From: Tubiluchus corallicola
Taxonomy: Eukaryota; Animalia; Priapulida
Direction of reading: 5' to 3'
Assembly: GCA_030141605.1 (NCBI GenBank)
Contig: JAQGDQ010000166.1
Span: forward strand, 124,001-188,000
DNA: 64,000 nt
In this document: positions 1 through 12,390 of the stretch, one piece after another
Layout of the letters: each line of letters begins with the position of its first letter
How positions within the stretch are numbered: the first letter of the stretch is position 1
Position numbers and translations under genes: made by a program
The notes under the pieces: generated by a model
The model's database searches: none
What the model saw: only the letters and a program-made list of their open reading frames with translations
What the model was told of the DNA's origin: nothing

Positions 1-339
1 TCAAAGGTTAAGTGTACCAGACAACATAACTTGACTACGCCTTGCAGCCCATGCTATTGTAACAGTAACAGTTTTAACAGCTAGCTAGAACCTTACCTAG
101 TTCATTTTTTCTTGTTTCCAAACAAGATCCTGCTATTAAATCAATCTACATACAGACTAATGCATAATTAAGTAAAATACACATAAAATAACTGAAGTTA
201 TTGAACTGGCTGCGCGACAGACGGCTTTGCTTTACCCACATGCCACGTGGCAGTTGTAGTTAAGACGCTTTGCTCTGGTGCACTTAACCTTTGACCTACA
301 GCAACTGCGCGTGCGCACAAGGAAATTGTGAAAAGGCTT
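1..339 (-). mobile_element. MITE family G, copy truncated by the window edge
   Basis: Reverse complement of 6214-6602; ends ...TTGTGAAAAGGCTT. Confidence 0.8.
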
Positions 340-614
340 AGTAAATTGTTTTTATGGAAATTCGGCGTCTAATTTAGAAACTCCATAACATTCATGCTTC
401 CAGCAGCAGAGGTATTTATGCAGCAATCGTGACAATGAAATTACAAAAAGATAAGGGCGACGCCTGAATTTTTATAAATAGCTTTCAAAAGATTGAAATC
501 GTGAAAAGATTCGTATTAAATCGTATTAAAAAACTCCTTTTGACAATTTCACACCATATTGACCTCCTGTTACTAAAATTATTGGAACACTTGCGACATT
601 TGTCATCACTCCAG

Positions 615-725
615 GCTAATTATCCAAATATAAGGAACAATTGTTAACTTTTATAAGCAAGAAAATGTACATTTTGGACAGTAAATTAAAATGAGATTGA
701 ATCTAAATAATCGCCCGGCCTTCCT
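615..725 (+). mobile_element. Right end of Kolobok-like MITE family D
   Basis: Aligns by eye with 55351-55358 plus 56312-56414; ends CCGGCCTTCCT|TTAA. Confidence 0.75.
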
Positions 726-729
726 TTAA

Positions 730-1380
730 AGACAAGAAATGAGGTACCTAAAGTAGGTTTCACGACTCAGAAAAATCGTCTTAAAAATTATATTACTTTA
801 CAGCAATTTTATGCGTGTAACGTACTCGCGTTGAAAGGATTTTTTTGTTTGTTTTCATTTTAAAAGTCCCACAATACTGTTCAGACAGCGCCATACATGA
901 CGTCGTATACGCGCAACGTAAATCAGGGGAAGAAAAGGAAATGTTAAGTTATGTTCCAAGAAAACGTTCCGTGCAAATCTATATTACTTAGCATTTCGCT
1001 TACCTGCTTGAAAGACTTATGTAACTAGAAAAGAAAATTATTAATTAATTAAAATGCTTACAGTGTGCGCCACTCACTAACCAAAAAACTTATTTTTAAT
1101 CTTATTGACAAGATACAGTAACTTGAAATTTTACTTAGTTAGTGAAGTGTGCGCTACGAATGCTCAGATTATTTTTTTCAAACAATACTCAATGTTATCT
1201 AAACATGTTTCAAATGACTTATCGTCAAAATGGTTGCGTCTAAAGGTCATCGCGGGAGTTTAAATTTACAAATTTTATACAGCATTACTGCTGACGCTAG
1301 CCCTGAAAAGGCAGTATGCAATTGGTATAAAATTAAAAACGAATTTTAAGCTTTCTGTTTATGACGGGTTTTCTTGTGTT
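730..1380 (+). mobile_element. Kolobok-like MITE family A, full ~650 bp copy
   Basis: TTAA|AGACAAGAAA ... TTTCTTGTGTT|TTAA; multicopy in the window. Confidence 0.8.
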
Positions 1381-1674
1381 TTAAATATAATAAAATCTCA
1401 AGCATTAGCAGATTAGCAGACAACATTTTTAAACAAACACTTCAGATTTGCTTCCAATTGCCTAAAAGATTTGAAACGATTGTAAAGCACGTTTTCCTCA
1501 CAACATTTAATCATACAAAGTCTGCCACCTGAGCCTTGGTTTAAATTAAATAAGACAAGTGAGAGAGATCATTAAGCGCTGTGAAATTTTACCCAGTGTG
1601 GATTGTATACGAACCATTAGTCATCAGTCGTCGGTAGTGAATCTTAATTTTAAAAAATTCTTTAAGCAATTCTG

Positions 1675-1750
1675 ACAGAGTGTGTGTGTGGGGCGGGGGG
1701 AGAGAGAGGTCGGAGACAGAGAGGCAGAGAAGGTTAGGAGATATAACGAG

Positions 1751-1792
<42 letters not shown>

Positions 1793-2243
1793 TAGGAGAG
1801 AAAGAGAGAGTGGGAGAGAGAGGTCGTAGAGAGAGAGAGAGGCAGAGAAGGGGAGGGAGATATAGCGAGAGGGAGAGAGAGGGGGGAGAGAGGGGGAGAG
1901 AATGGAGGAAACAAGGAGAGAGAGAGGGGGGAAAGAGAGGGAGAGAGAGGGGAGAGAGAGGAGAGAAAGTGAGAGAGACAGAGAAAGAATATGAAAACGA
2001 GAAGGAGACAGAGACAGAGAGTAAAAAAGAATGGGAAAGAAAAAGAGAAAAAGACAGAAACAGAAAGAGAGAGATGAAGCAGAGACATAGAGAATAAGGG
2101 AGAGGAGAGAGTGAAGAAGAAAGAAAGAAGGAGAGAAAGCGAGCGCGCAAGGAGAGAAAGAGAATGAAAGAAAAGGAGAGAAGGAATGAAAAACAAGTGT
2201 GTGCGAGAGAAAGCGAGAAAACGAAAGATACAAAAAGAAGGGG

Positions 2244-2302
<59 letters not shown>

Positions 2303-2365
2303 AGAGAGGGGGGAGAGAGAGGAGAGAGAGACTGAGAGAGAACGGCAGAAAGAAGAGAGAGAAGG
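1675..2365. repeat. GA-rich microsatellite/low-complexity tract
   Basis: (GA)n runs with purine-rich interruptions. Confidence 0.95.
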
Positions 2366-2506
2366 TTTACTAAAGACTTGACACAAACCCAGGACTTGCT
2401 TGTCGAATCCTCAAACAGCCCAGTAATGTAAATTTTGAAGCAGTTAACTTCAGTTTCCCAATTAACAAAAATTAATGCAATTAATTAACCAATCACAGCC
2501 GCTTAC

Positions 2507-2656
2507 CTGTTGCTCTTTTTCGTATTCTAGTTTTACTCTGGACTCTATGCAGTTTCTCGTGTCTTGGAAGGTCCTCTGTTGAGTAAGATCAGCCATCCAT
2601 TTGTGATAGAAGCCCGCGAGATTTGTGCATAGATAAATTACAGCGTTTGCAACAAT
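2507..2656 (-). CDS. ADCY2: Adenylyl cyclase (ADCY2/4/7-like) internal exon: TM6 plus helical linker preceding C1a
   Basis: 150 nt, phase 0-0, acceptor ttgcag and donor CAG|gtaagc. Translates IVANAVIYLCTNLAGFYHKWMADLTQQRTFQDTRNCIESRVKLEYEKEQQ, matching the group II AC pattern ANxxIxxCxNLAGxYHK...QQTxQDTxNCIxSRxKLExEKxQQ. Confidence 0.93.
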
Positions 2657-4004
2657 CTGCAAGGAAGCAACGTCAATGTTAAATCAGGCATCTCTGGAGG
2701 AGCGTAGTTTGATGAAATCGTTTCACGAAAATCTGTTCTGATTCAACGAAAATGACTTTAAAAATACGTACGCCCTAACGGCCTGTAATAGTTGTCTGTT
2801 AATTAGACCGTCGAGCAACAGAGATGCGATTACATAGCTGTATGTTGAGCTTTGTTTTTCTAAAGAATGATCTCTTGTTTTTAAATATCGTTTGTATGTC
2901 ACTACTACTACTACTACCACTGCCACTGCCACTGCCACTGCCACTACCACTACCACTAATAATAATAATAATAATAATAATAATGTTGCAGGTACAAATG
3001 TTTTGGTCCATTACCCCTTCTCAAGGTAGTATATGCATTGGAAGCCACAATATATTAGACTGTAGCTCAACAAGCTAGACTACTTTTTCTACTCTGACAT
3101 TGTATAGGTGGAACTTGTTATGTACACACGTTTCTGTTACATTTAGAATTTGAGTTATAATTATACTGCTACCTTCTACTGACATTCTGGCTTTTTCGCG
3201 ACTCAATATTGGATCAACAATGTATGTATGCATTTTTAGCTTTTAGTGTAACGTAGTAATCTGTAGCACTTATTTTCTAGCACTTTTATTTCAGTAGATT
3301 TGTAGATGTAGTAATTGTAGACTACAGAAAATTTGTATTTTTGCAGAATAAACTACATAGATATGGGAACGCAACTTTGGTTTGAGCGTATACATTACAA
3401 ATAATAATAATAAAAATAAAAATAACAATAACAATAACAATAACAATAATAATAGTAAACGGCATTGACTGTGGTTAAATGTTATAATTATATGATATTA
3501 TTTTAAGTTATTGCAAAGTTTAATACACTTGTTTTAGAATTGCAATTACATTTTCCAACAAATTTGTACTGTTGAGAAAATTAAAATTAAATTTTACAAA
3601 ATGGTAAACTACATTTAAAGAGAAGCGCTAAAATTATAATATATAACGAAAATCTTACTCTATTAACTAAAGCAATAGATAAGCTCAATTTTGTAAATTT
3701 CGTTTTTTAAATCACTCACAAATGAATTTCCTCACTAAATTTCTCATTATTTACAGCAGAAACTTCCGTCAAAGTACTGAAAGTTAAAGAAATCTAATTT
3801 TATAGTATATCCCAAAGAACTTTGTACAAAAAGTTGAGCTCTGTTTTTTAAAGAATGATCTCTTGTTTTAAAAGTCGTTTGTAGGTCAAAAACATGACCG
3901 TCTCCGAACCTTTGCAATAACAGAAAGTTCCGTCAAAATCCTGAGAGTTAAAGGAAAAGAAAATTGAATTTTAAAGTATATCCGAAAGAAATTTGTACAC
4001 AAAC

Positions 4005-4367
4005 TTATGTTACTTAGAATTATGCTTAGCTGTTAGAAAGACTTATGTAATTGGAAAAGAAAATTCCTAATAATTTAAAATATATTTGCGCGACTTGGTA
4101 AACGGTATTGGCTCACCGTCCCAGTGTGCACGACTGGCTCACCAAGGTTACGTATACGGCTCTAATTTTTTTTTCAAAATTTACGCAGGTTTATCTAAAC
4201 TAGTTTCAAACAACTCGCCAAGCAGTCATCAAAGGAGTTTATATTTTACGAGTTTTAAACAGTGTTACTGCTAACGCAAGCTCTGTATGCAATTACGAGC
4301 ACGTGATTGGTGCAAAATTTGAAGATGAATATTTTAAAATTTATTTAGGAGGAGTTTTTTCTTGTGT
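4005..4367 (+). mobile_element. Family A variant, right half
   Basis: GAAAGACTTATGTAA..GAAAAGAAAATT and right end TTTCTTGTGT|TTAA. Confidence 0.65.
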
Positions 4368-4371
4368 TTAA

Positions 4372-4917
4372 TGGAAAGAACAAGTCACTCAATACGTGTT
4401 GTGCTTATTTTACTGTTATCACTTAAACGTAGAAAAATATAATAGAGAAATTTGCAAAGAACTGCCTATAAAGCATGGATTTAAAATAAACTACCTCTGA
4501 ATAGAAATTCTCTGCTATTCACTTGAAAATTATGACGTAACTGGGAGACTTCGTAACTTTTCGTAAGTGCATCGTGGCTTTCCGTAAGCGCGCACTGCTT
4601 AAATTAATTCGAACTTCTGCAGCTTACCTAATATTCACGCAAAAAATTACAAAATTAGCTACCCAATTATTTTTGAAAACTTATTATACTTTTGACGAAG
4701 ATTGACAGTGCGCTACTTTTCTTCAGCACGAATGACGTCATTGGTAGAAGAGTGAGCATTCAACATGGGATCACCCGAGCATGAAGTGATCGCAACTTTA
4801 AAGTGATTTTACTAATTATGCGAGGTGCTTATTGCAATTATATTATTACTGAATCCTAATAACATTTCTCGCAAACATTGAAGTAAGCCTAACTTCCCAG
4901 AAGACTTGACTTTTCTT
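4372..4917 (+). mobile_element. Kolobok-like MITE family B, full ~550 bp copy
   Basis: TTAA|tGGAAAGAACAAGTCA ... GACTTGACTTTTCTT|TTAA; imperfect ~15 bp TIR; core GAAATTTGCAAAGAACTGCCTATAAAGC shared with other copies. Confidence 0.8.
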
Positions 4918-6213
4918 TTAAAGTTTAAGTTGAGATTTTCACAAAACACTACGTTGGAAGACCACAAAAAGATATTGCAACGTTGTCTAGTGCTCATGCT
5001 TTTGTTTGTTTGACTAAATAAATGACAAACCATAAACTCTGACTTAAATAATTAATTAAATATAGTAACAAAGCAAGCATTTCAATACTGAAAATGCTTT
5101 GCGTAGTCTGCTTGCCTGTTTGCATCTGCGTCTTGTAAACGTACGTCAGGTGTAAAGAGCAACTTCCAATCAACAACAACTTAGAAGCAGTGCCCGTCTC
5201 AATGGTGACAAGTCAGCAGTGGACGTTGCTATGGTAACAGGTCAGCAGAGGCTCGTTGCTAGGTGTTACTAAGGATAGATATTTTTGCTTGTGTGACATA
5301 AGTTAACTAAGTTTAGCCCTTGAACTGGGGTATATATGGAAAAGCATTATCAGCTGGAAGGTAGTCAGTTTGTAGACTCAAGTGCTTTGCTATAAATTCT
5401 GCACTAGACGTTTCTTTACCTTCTTAGACTTATTGTGGATGTTCATCAGTGCACTTAACGTTCAATATACTATACGATCACATATGATAAACAAGACTTT
5501 GTGTTTTATGCCTCGACGTGTGACGACAATTATGGTGCTTATTCTAAGAGAAGTTTACAATCAATAACTAACTTCACCGCTCAAAGAACACGTTCATTAT
5601 TAATGATACAGAGTTACGACACTCACTTCAATATTACTTTTACCCCTTAAACAAGTGAGAAACTGTGTTAGCTGTTTTGAGCAATAGTGACCCCCAAGCC
5701 TTTTCCAGCATGACTGGTTTGGGAAAATGTAAGGGAATGACTTCACATAACTGGTATTTACACATAAGTGTTTTTAACATCAGTGTGGCAATTTCAAGAG
5801 ATTTACGTCATTTTCTTCCTATAAAGTTGTGATCAAAACTTCGGCACATTTTTGCGCCGCCTGGTATGACCCTTGCCTTACGACTTCTTAACAAGTTTGC
5901 TTACAAGTTGAAATACGACCTTCCTACCGTCAAAAATAAGAGAAGTTTACAACGTTCGTTATTACCAAACACACACACATTATTACTTAATTTCGTTGCG
6001 AATGTCATTCAGAGAATTTATTTAAAATTAACTGTGTTGTACTAGGCCACTTAAATTTCCGAGCAAAATGGTCTTCTGTGCAGAATTTATTGTAGGCAGA
6101 ATAAAACCAATTTCTCGTTTTACATAAAACATTATCCAAATGTAAATACGACTGGCACGCAACGTCGAAGAGTAGGGAAATTTATCTTTGATCCCCTGGA
6201 ATTGCGGCTGAAT

Positions 6214-6602
6214 AAGCCTTTTCATAGTTTCGTTCTGCACACGCGCAGTTGCTGTAGGTCAAAGGTTAAGTGTACCACAGCAACCCATATTAACTACAAC
6301 CGTCACGCGGCATGTATGTAAAGCAAAGCCGTCTGCCGCATCAGTTCCGTAACTTCAGTTCTTTTACCTAGACTTTACTTAACTATACATTAGTCTGTGC
6401 GTAGAGTGTTTTACTAGCAGAATCTTTCTTGGGAACAAGAAAAAATGAAATGGGCAAGTTTCTAGCTAGCTGTTAAAACTCTTACTATTTAAAATAGCAC
6501 GGGCTGCGAGGCGTTGTCAAGTGTAAAAAATGCGTTGTCTGGTACGCTTAACCTTCGACTTTTTCACGATCATCATCAATCGCTGCAACTGTGAAAAGGC
6601 TT
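6214..6602 (+). mobile_element. MITE family G, full ~390 bp copy (TIR AAGCCTTTTCA, possible AT TSD; superfamily uncertain)
   Basis: at|AAGCCTTTTCATAGTT ... AACTGTGAAAAGGCTT|at, with subterminal inverted motif GTCAAAGGTTAAGTGTACCA / TGGTACGCTTAACCTTCGAC. Confidence 0.8.
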
Positions 6603-7068
6603 ATACGGTTTCAGAACCCATTTAACAGCAGAATTTCATTATTAAGAGTTTCTCTCTAAGATTAATGAGTTCTGTTATGAGATTGATCAGTGATCCTTTT
6701 ATCCCGTATCTTTTTCTTCGTGAAAAATGACCGGCGCCACTTGTCACTGATATCATTTCTTCATCAATGCCTCGTCAATCCTGTGCAAATTGAACGTTTA
6801 GTATGACTGACGTTCATGTAATGTATAAGCAGCAGTAATTACGCCTTTACATGTGTTATTTTTCGTCTCAAAACAATGACAAATGTTTTACTGGACAGAG
6901 TAAAAGGAAAAGTAAAATTTTTCGGGAAGTTAGGCTTGTTTTAATGTTTGCACATTTCCTTTTTGTTCCAAATTTTTTTAGTTGTAAATTCTTTTCTTCA
7001 CTTTAGAATGGAATTCAAGTCCAAAATCTACTTGCAAAGTAAAATCATTATCAAATCATCTTCCTTAC

Positions 7069-7422
7069 CTGCATTATTAGACATTCTCTGGTTTTGTCTG
7101 CAGTTAATCCAGCGGCTACAAGATCAGCCATGGCTGTAGTGATGCCAGCAACAATGGCCTGCCATTTGTTTATTGGCATCATCGTATAAACAAAGATAAC
7201 AATCGTCATAACCAGAGCTACATCGTCCATGGCGGAGAAATTGTCACGGAAAAACATTGGCACAAACACCAAAGCTAGCAGACAGAGCCAAACCAAAACG
7301 GCTAAGTATATGGCAATGGTCCGAAACACTAACCGTACGGCAACGCACACAGCGGCAAGGATGGCTATGCCTCCTGCTACGCATGACGACACAAGCTTCG
7401 CTAATACACTTCCTTCGATTAC
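7069..7422 (-). CDS. ADCY2: Adenylyl cyclase internal exon, approximately TM2-TM5
   Basis: 354 nt, phase 0-0, acceptor tttttgcag and donor CAG|gtaagg. Translates VIEGSVLAKL...FVYTMMPINKWQAIVAGITT...CLIMQ, with four hydrophobic segments and the AC motif F-x-x-YTM-x-P. Splices in frame to 2507-2656. Confidence 0.9.
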
Positions 7423-7452
7423 CTGCAAAAACAACATTCGAATGATGATGAT

Positions 7453-7596
7453 AGTAGTAGTAGCAGTAGCAGTAGCAGTAGCAGTAGCAGTAGCAGTAGC
7501 AGTAGCAGTAGCAGTAGCAGTAGCAGTAGCAGTAGCAGTAGCAGTAGCAGTAGCAGTAGCAGTAGTACTAGTAGTAGTAGTAGTACTACTAGTAGT

Positions 7597-7643
<47 letters not shown>

Positions 7644-7665
7644 CAGTAGCAGTAGCAGTAGCAGT

Positions 7666-7750
<85 letters not shown>

Positions 7751-7766
7751 TCAGTAGTAGTAGTAG
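7453..7766. repeat. (GTAGCA)n/(GCA)n/(GTA)n compound microsatellite
   Basis: Seen directly; starts ~30 nt from the acceptor of exon 7069-7422. Confidence 0.95.
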
Positions 7767-7964
7767 ATTTATTCTCTATAAATGAGATGTTTTTCTATAA
7801 CAGTTAATTTGCAATTCACAAAAATCTACGACGCATTGTTAACAAGCATTTCATTATTATCTATGGCAGTAGTAGTCATCCGTTAACATTTTCATTGTCC
7901 GTTACCATTTTCATCGTCCGTTACCATTTTCATTGTCCGTTAAAAATTGTTAGTCAAGATATAA

Positions 7965-8110
7965 GAATAAAAATTTATTTAATGTACATAATGAAAAGAT
8001 TTATTTAATGTACATAATGTAAAAATTTATTTAGTGTACTTAATGTAAAAATTTATTTAATGTACATAATGTAAAATTTTATTTAATGTACATAATGTAA
8101 AGATTTATTT
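7965..8110. repeat. 26-bp AT-rich minisatellite, about 5 units (preceded by a 19-bp x3 repeat at ~7880-7943)
   Basis: Unit AAAAATTTATTTAATGTACATAATGT. Confidence 0.85.
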
Positions 8111-8714
8111 GACATTTCTGTGCTTCTGTGCCCTCAAATAGAGAGCTTATTGTATCATTTTCAATAAAGATATTTAATAATAATAATATCTATAGCACAC
8201 AATATAAAACCTTTATTTAAAATTAATATTTATCTATAACTAAACGAACATTTTCTGTTTAGAGGAAATTTTTTAAAGAAGAAACTAGTTAAAAAAGTGA
8301 TAAGTGTGCTAAAAGATCCACCTCAGATTACAGAGAGGTTACTTCTCTGAAACAGCCAGATTTAGATGTCTGTCTTCGCTTTAAATTTTAACGAGGACGC
8401 AAATTAATATCTCTAAAATTGCTTTAAGACCAAATATCATCGCTTCGGTGATTTACGAGTTGCGCACAATGTTTATTTTAGCAGCCAACAAACATTGTTT
8501 TGTTGACGTAGATATGACAAAATTTTGAAAAAACATCATTACCGTCACACGAGTAAACTTTTATGCCCCATTTTCTGATTACGTTAATGGCACTTGAGTA
8601 TGATATGCTTGGATTGATTTGCTTATATGAAATTGACAAACTGGTGTTACTGTAAGAAGAAACGGTGTGAACAGGCTTTTAAATGTTGAGTTATACTCAG
8701 TATTCGGTACTTAA

Positions 8715-9131
8715 AGGACAAGAAAAGGCCTAGTTAAAGCAAGAATTATAACGGTTAGAGGCAATCTTTAGGGTTTATCATACTCACTTTAAAAGAATTT
8801 CCTGTTTGTTTTCATTTTAAATACTCTCACGGCGGCGCCATATTAGATGGCGTCACTGAACCACAACACAAATCTTTATAGTACACGTACTCACTTTGAC
8901 TGTGTTCAAGTGATGTCATGACACGTGATCAGTCACATACTGGCTTTTCAATTGGCGGACTAAATGAAACATATCTGCGCCAACGTTTACTGCAGCGGTT
9001 GAAATATTTTACAAAAATTGGAGTTTTTGCGAAAACGTGAGTATTTTACTCGCTTAAGATTGTTCTTAGGTGATATAATTTTCTATTGCGAATTTTCTGA
9101 GGCTTACTTTGGTTGGCCATTTTCTTGTCCT
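8715..9131. mobile_element. Kolobok-like MITE related to family A, with symmetric TIRs
   Basis: TTAA|AGGACAAGAAAAGGCC ... GGCCATTTTCTTGTCCT|TTAA, 417 bp. Confidence 0.8.
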
Positions 9132-9754
9132 TTAAAGTCCACTTATTCTAGTTAAATTGAACATTTGATGCAGTTCCTAATAACAAATAAATAAATAATG
9201 GGTTTATTAAAAATCATACCATGGCAGTAAAACTGAATACAATTTATAGTTAAAAATAACACAACATTATTAAAAACTTACATATATATAATTATCCCAA
9301 AAAACATTACATACAAAGCTATATTGCTTAGCATTACCTTTACCTGTTTGAAAGACATAATAGAAAACAAATTCTTAATATGTTTTATATGGTTTTAAGT
9401 CTAAACTAAAAATGTAAACTGATTTCAATTTCTATATTTTCACTACATATGCAGACCTCATCGAACAGTCTCCACTACAAAACCTATTTTATCAAAGCGC
9501 AGTTATCAAATTTACTTTCATAACAGCAGCCTCGTTTAAAAATACTCAGGGATCAACCTTAACATCAGCCAGCAAGGATTTTCTATGGCAGGTGCAGTTA
9601 ACACTATATTTATCATTGGCTTACTTTTGCGTACACATCTGCTTTGCAGATTTGCTGAATACCAACACAGGAAGCCAACACGCTGGCTTCACTATTACGA
9701 TGATTCAATTCTGCAGTCATAAACGCAATTTAGGTGTGTATAGAACGAATATTG

Positions 9755-9850
9755 AGGGGAAAACCTGAGCTCCCGCAAAATACTAGGAAGCATCCCGGGC
9801 ACAAAGCTGAGCCAATTTGAAGCCAAGTAGCCATTGGCATTGGCATTTCA
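9755..9850 (-). mobile_element. Possible SINE central-domain fragment
   Basis: Minus strand reads ...TTTTGCGGGAGCTCAGGTTTTCCCC, resembling the TTCTCCGGGTACTCCGGTTTCC core of V/Meta-type SINEs; short and diverged. Confidence 0.35.
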
Positions 9851-9898
9851 GCAAAGTTTTTTGCAAGCACGGATCTCATTAATGATGTACATGCTTGA

Positions 9899-11998
9899 AG
9901 GAAGACAGTATGATTTTTCATATCCTACCCCATTCGGAAGTATGATAAAATTATTCATTTTAGCTCACATAATGATGCAAAAAGTATTCATTTCAACTCA
10001 CATAATGATGCTAAAAGTATTCATTTTAACTCACATAATGATGGTAAAAGTATTCATTTCCACTCACATAATGATGTTAAAAGTATTCATTTCAACTCAC
10101 ATAATGATGCTAAAAGTACTCATTTTAACTCACATAATGACGGTAAAAGTATTCATTTTAACTCACACAATGATGCTAAAAGTATTCATTTTAACTCATA
10201 TAATGATGCTAAAAGTATCCATTTTAACTCATATAATTATGCTAAAAGTATTCATTCCAACTAACATAATGATGCTAAAAGTACTCATTTTAACTCACAT
10301 AATGGTGGTAAAAGTATTCATTTCAATTCACATAATGATGCTAAAAGTATTCATTTCAACTCACATAATGATGCTAAAAGTATTCATTTTAACTCACATA
10401 ATGATGGTAAAAGTATTCATTTTAACTCACATAATGATGGTAAAAGTATTCATTTTAACTCGTATAATGATGCTAAAAGTATTCATTTTAACTCACATAA
10501 TGATGCTAAAAGTATCCCTTTTAACTCACATAATGATGGTAAAAGTATCCATTTTAACTCACATAATGATGGAAAAAGCATTCATTTTAACTCACATAAT
10601 GATGCTAAAAGTATCCATTTTAACTCACATAATGATGGTAAAAGTATTCATTTAACTCATATAATTATGCTAAAAGTATTCATTCCAACTAACATAATGA
10701 TGGTAAAAGTATTCATTTTAACTCGTATAATGATGCTAAAAGTATTCATTTTAACTCACATAATGATGCTAAAAGTATCCCTTTTAACTCACATAATGAT
10801 GGTAAAAGTATCCATTTTAACTCACATAATGATGGAAAAAGCATTCATTTTAACTCACATAATGATGCTAAAAGTACTCATTTTAACTCACATAATGATG
10901 GTAAAAGTATTCATTTCAATTCACATAATGATGCTAAAAGTATTCATTTCAACTCACATAATGATGCTAAAAGTATTTATTTTAACTCACATAATGATGG
11001 TAAAAGTATTCATTTTTACTCACATAATGATGGTAAAAATATTCATTTTAACTCGTATAATGATGCTAAAAGTATTCATTTTAACTCACATAATGATGCT
11101 AAAAGTATCCCTTTTAACTCACATAATGATGGTAAAAGTATCCATTTTAACTCACATAATGATGGAAAAAGCATTCATTTTAACTCACATAATGATGCTA
11201 AAAGTATCCATTTTAACTCACATAATGATTGTAAAAGTATTCATTTTAACTCATATAATGATGGTAAAAGTATTCATTTTAACTCATATAATGATGCTAA
11301 AAGTATTCATTTTAACTCATATAATGATGCTAAAAGTATTCATTTTAACTCACATAATGATGGTAAAAGTATCCATTTTAACTCACATAATGATGGTAAA
11401 AGCGTTCATTTTAACTCACATAATGATGGTAAAAGTATTCATTTTAACTCATATAATGATGCTAAAAGTATTCATTTCAACTAAAGGTATTCGTTTTAAC
11501 TCACATAATGATGCTAAAAGTATTCATTTTAACTCACATAATGATGATAAAAGCGTTCATATTAACTCACATAATGAAGGTAAAAGTATTCATTTTAACT
11601 CATATAATGATGCTAAAAGTATTCATTTCAACTAAAGGTATTCGTTTTAACTCGTATAATGATGCTAAAAGTATTCATTTTAACCCATTTAATGATGCCA
11701 AAGTGTTTGTGATAACTAACTAATAGGTTACAAGCTTATTTAACAGCCAGTGAGCTCAGTTAGTGCTGACGTCAGAATTGAAGATAATTTTCAACAGCAC
11801 AAACATTCCACGAGCGTGTTGAACGTGTTTGCAAAAGTGAAAATAAAGGTACGGTGCTATACAACATTTAGTGTGATACGCAAAACATGGCAAATTTTAA
11901 GTTTAGAAATTTGAACTTCACGTTCACATGAGCTGTCAAATGAACACATCTGAGCCAAGACGTGAAGCACTTTTTTCTGCAAAACATTTCTGAGATAT
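9899..11998 (+). mobile_element. Family C MITE expanded internally by a 33-bp minisatellite
   Basis: Left end AGGAAGACAGTATGATTTTTCATATCCTACCCCATT at 9899; family C sequence resumes after ~11703 (TAATTTTCAACAGCACAAACATTCCACGAGCGTGTTG). Confidence 0.75.
9946..11703 (+). repeat. 33-bp minisatellite, about 53 units
   Basis: Unit AAAAGTATTCATTTTAACTCACATAATGATG(C/G)T; explains the periodic ORFs 9834-10655 and 10667-11635. Confidence 0.95.
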
Positions 11999-12004
11999 CT
12001 TAAT

Positions 12005-12390
12005 AAGAGATAGTTTTGTCTCTAAACGCGGGGAAAACTTTTTCCTTTTAAATACGGTTAGTGCATATTAAGTTTAGAGATAGCTTTGCCTTTAAACGTG
12101 TGAAAAACTAACTTCCCTTTAACTAGTTAGTACATATTAAATTTAGAGATAGCTTTGCCTCTAAACGTGGAGAAAACTTTCCTTCCCTTTAACTACAGTT
12201 AGTACATATTAAATTTAGAGATAGCTTTGCCTCTAAACGTGGGGAAACTTTCCTTCCCTTTAACTACAGTTAGTACATATTAAATTTAGAGATAGCTTTG
12301 TCTCTAAACGTGGGGAAACTTTCCTTCCCTTTAACTACAATTAGTACATATTAAGTTAAGAGATAGCTTTGCCTCTAAACGTGGGGAAAG
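12005..12390 (+). repeat. ~61-bp tandem repeat, about 6 units
   Basis: Unit AGAGATAGCTTTGCCTCTAAACGTGGGGAAACTTTCCTTCCCTTTAACTACAGTTAGTACATATTAAATTT with small indels. Confidence 0.9.

Noticed and set aside
730-1380. piggyBac assignment for the TTAA elements
   Set aside because: Termini are AG..CT, not the CC..GG typical of piggyBac.
1589-2386. Long Ser/Leu and Arg/Glu ORFs (also ~13.3-14.4, 16.2-16.5, 22.0-22.6, 24.3-25.2, 37.2-38.0 kb)
   Set aside because: Translations of GA/CT and CTGT microsatellites.
2842-4003. Local duplications 2842-2900/3832-3890 and 3753-3830/3918-4003
   Set aside because: Short and diverged, with no structure suggesting function; ordinary intronic turnover.
9834-11635. 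273-aa and 322-aa repeat-protein ORFs
   Set aside because: Read-through of a 33-bp satellite (a multiple of 3, stop-free in one frame) derived from a MITE, antisense to the host gene and broken by a frameshift.
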